A stretch of DNA of 64,000 nucleotides from the human T2T-CHM13v2.0 reference genome, Homo sapiens. A program made the position numbers and the translations under genes. This document shows positions 63,861-64,000 of this stretch, piece by piece. The DNA is taken from assembly GCF_009914755.1 (NCBI RefSeq), contig NC_060932.1; one strand, given 5' to 3'. The stretch's first letter is position 1, and every line of letters begins with the position of its first letter. Below the pieces are notes generated by a model. It had not been told where the DNA came from. It searched no databases and was given only the letters and a program-made list of their open reading frames with translations.

Positions 63861-64000
63861 CAAGTATAAGTAAATTGGATGACATTCTTCTATGAGAAGA
63901 AAAAAACAATGATAATGGTATAGAAGGAGAATCACATAGGTTCAAGAATGATTTTATTTGATATGAAGCTAGGAAATAAAACATAATTATGTGCTAATTG

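Overview
AT-rich primate DNA (human or great ape, judged from AluY, L1PA3-like, THE1 and MER11 elements) with no supportable protein-coding exon, RNA gene or CpG island. It reads as an intergenic or deep intronic region dominated by transposable elements: about 16 Alu/FLAM copies, old L1M/L2/MIR fragments, MaLR, ERVL and MER11 solo LTRs, Tigger3b, MER5 and MER58. All long ORFs in the track come from L1 ORF2 or Alu. I found no new gene system. The most notable structure is at 22.1-29.3 kb, where three co-oriented young L1s each carry a twin-priming 5' inversion. The first appears to have inserted into an AluY tail and lost the RT FADD motif. The second carries a ~50-nt 3' transduction. The third inverts at a 12-bp palindrome. 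L1 #1 and #2 form a ~590-bp inverted repeat in which one 324-bp half is nearly identical (1 mismatch) and the other half is ~4% diverged, which is the signature of a gene-conversion tract and makes the spacer a candidate inversion. Also found: a ~1-kb TSD-flanked, polyadenylated, ORF-less retrocopy (57.5-58.5 kb), a 77-bp TA-flanked palindrome next to it, three co-oriented CTCF-like motifs, several short hairpins and local duplications. Subfamily names rely on remembered consensus sequences, and boundaries of the old elements are approximate.
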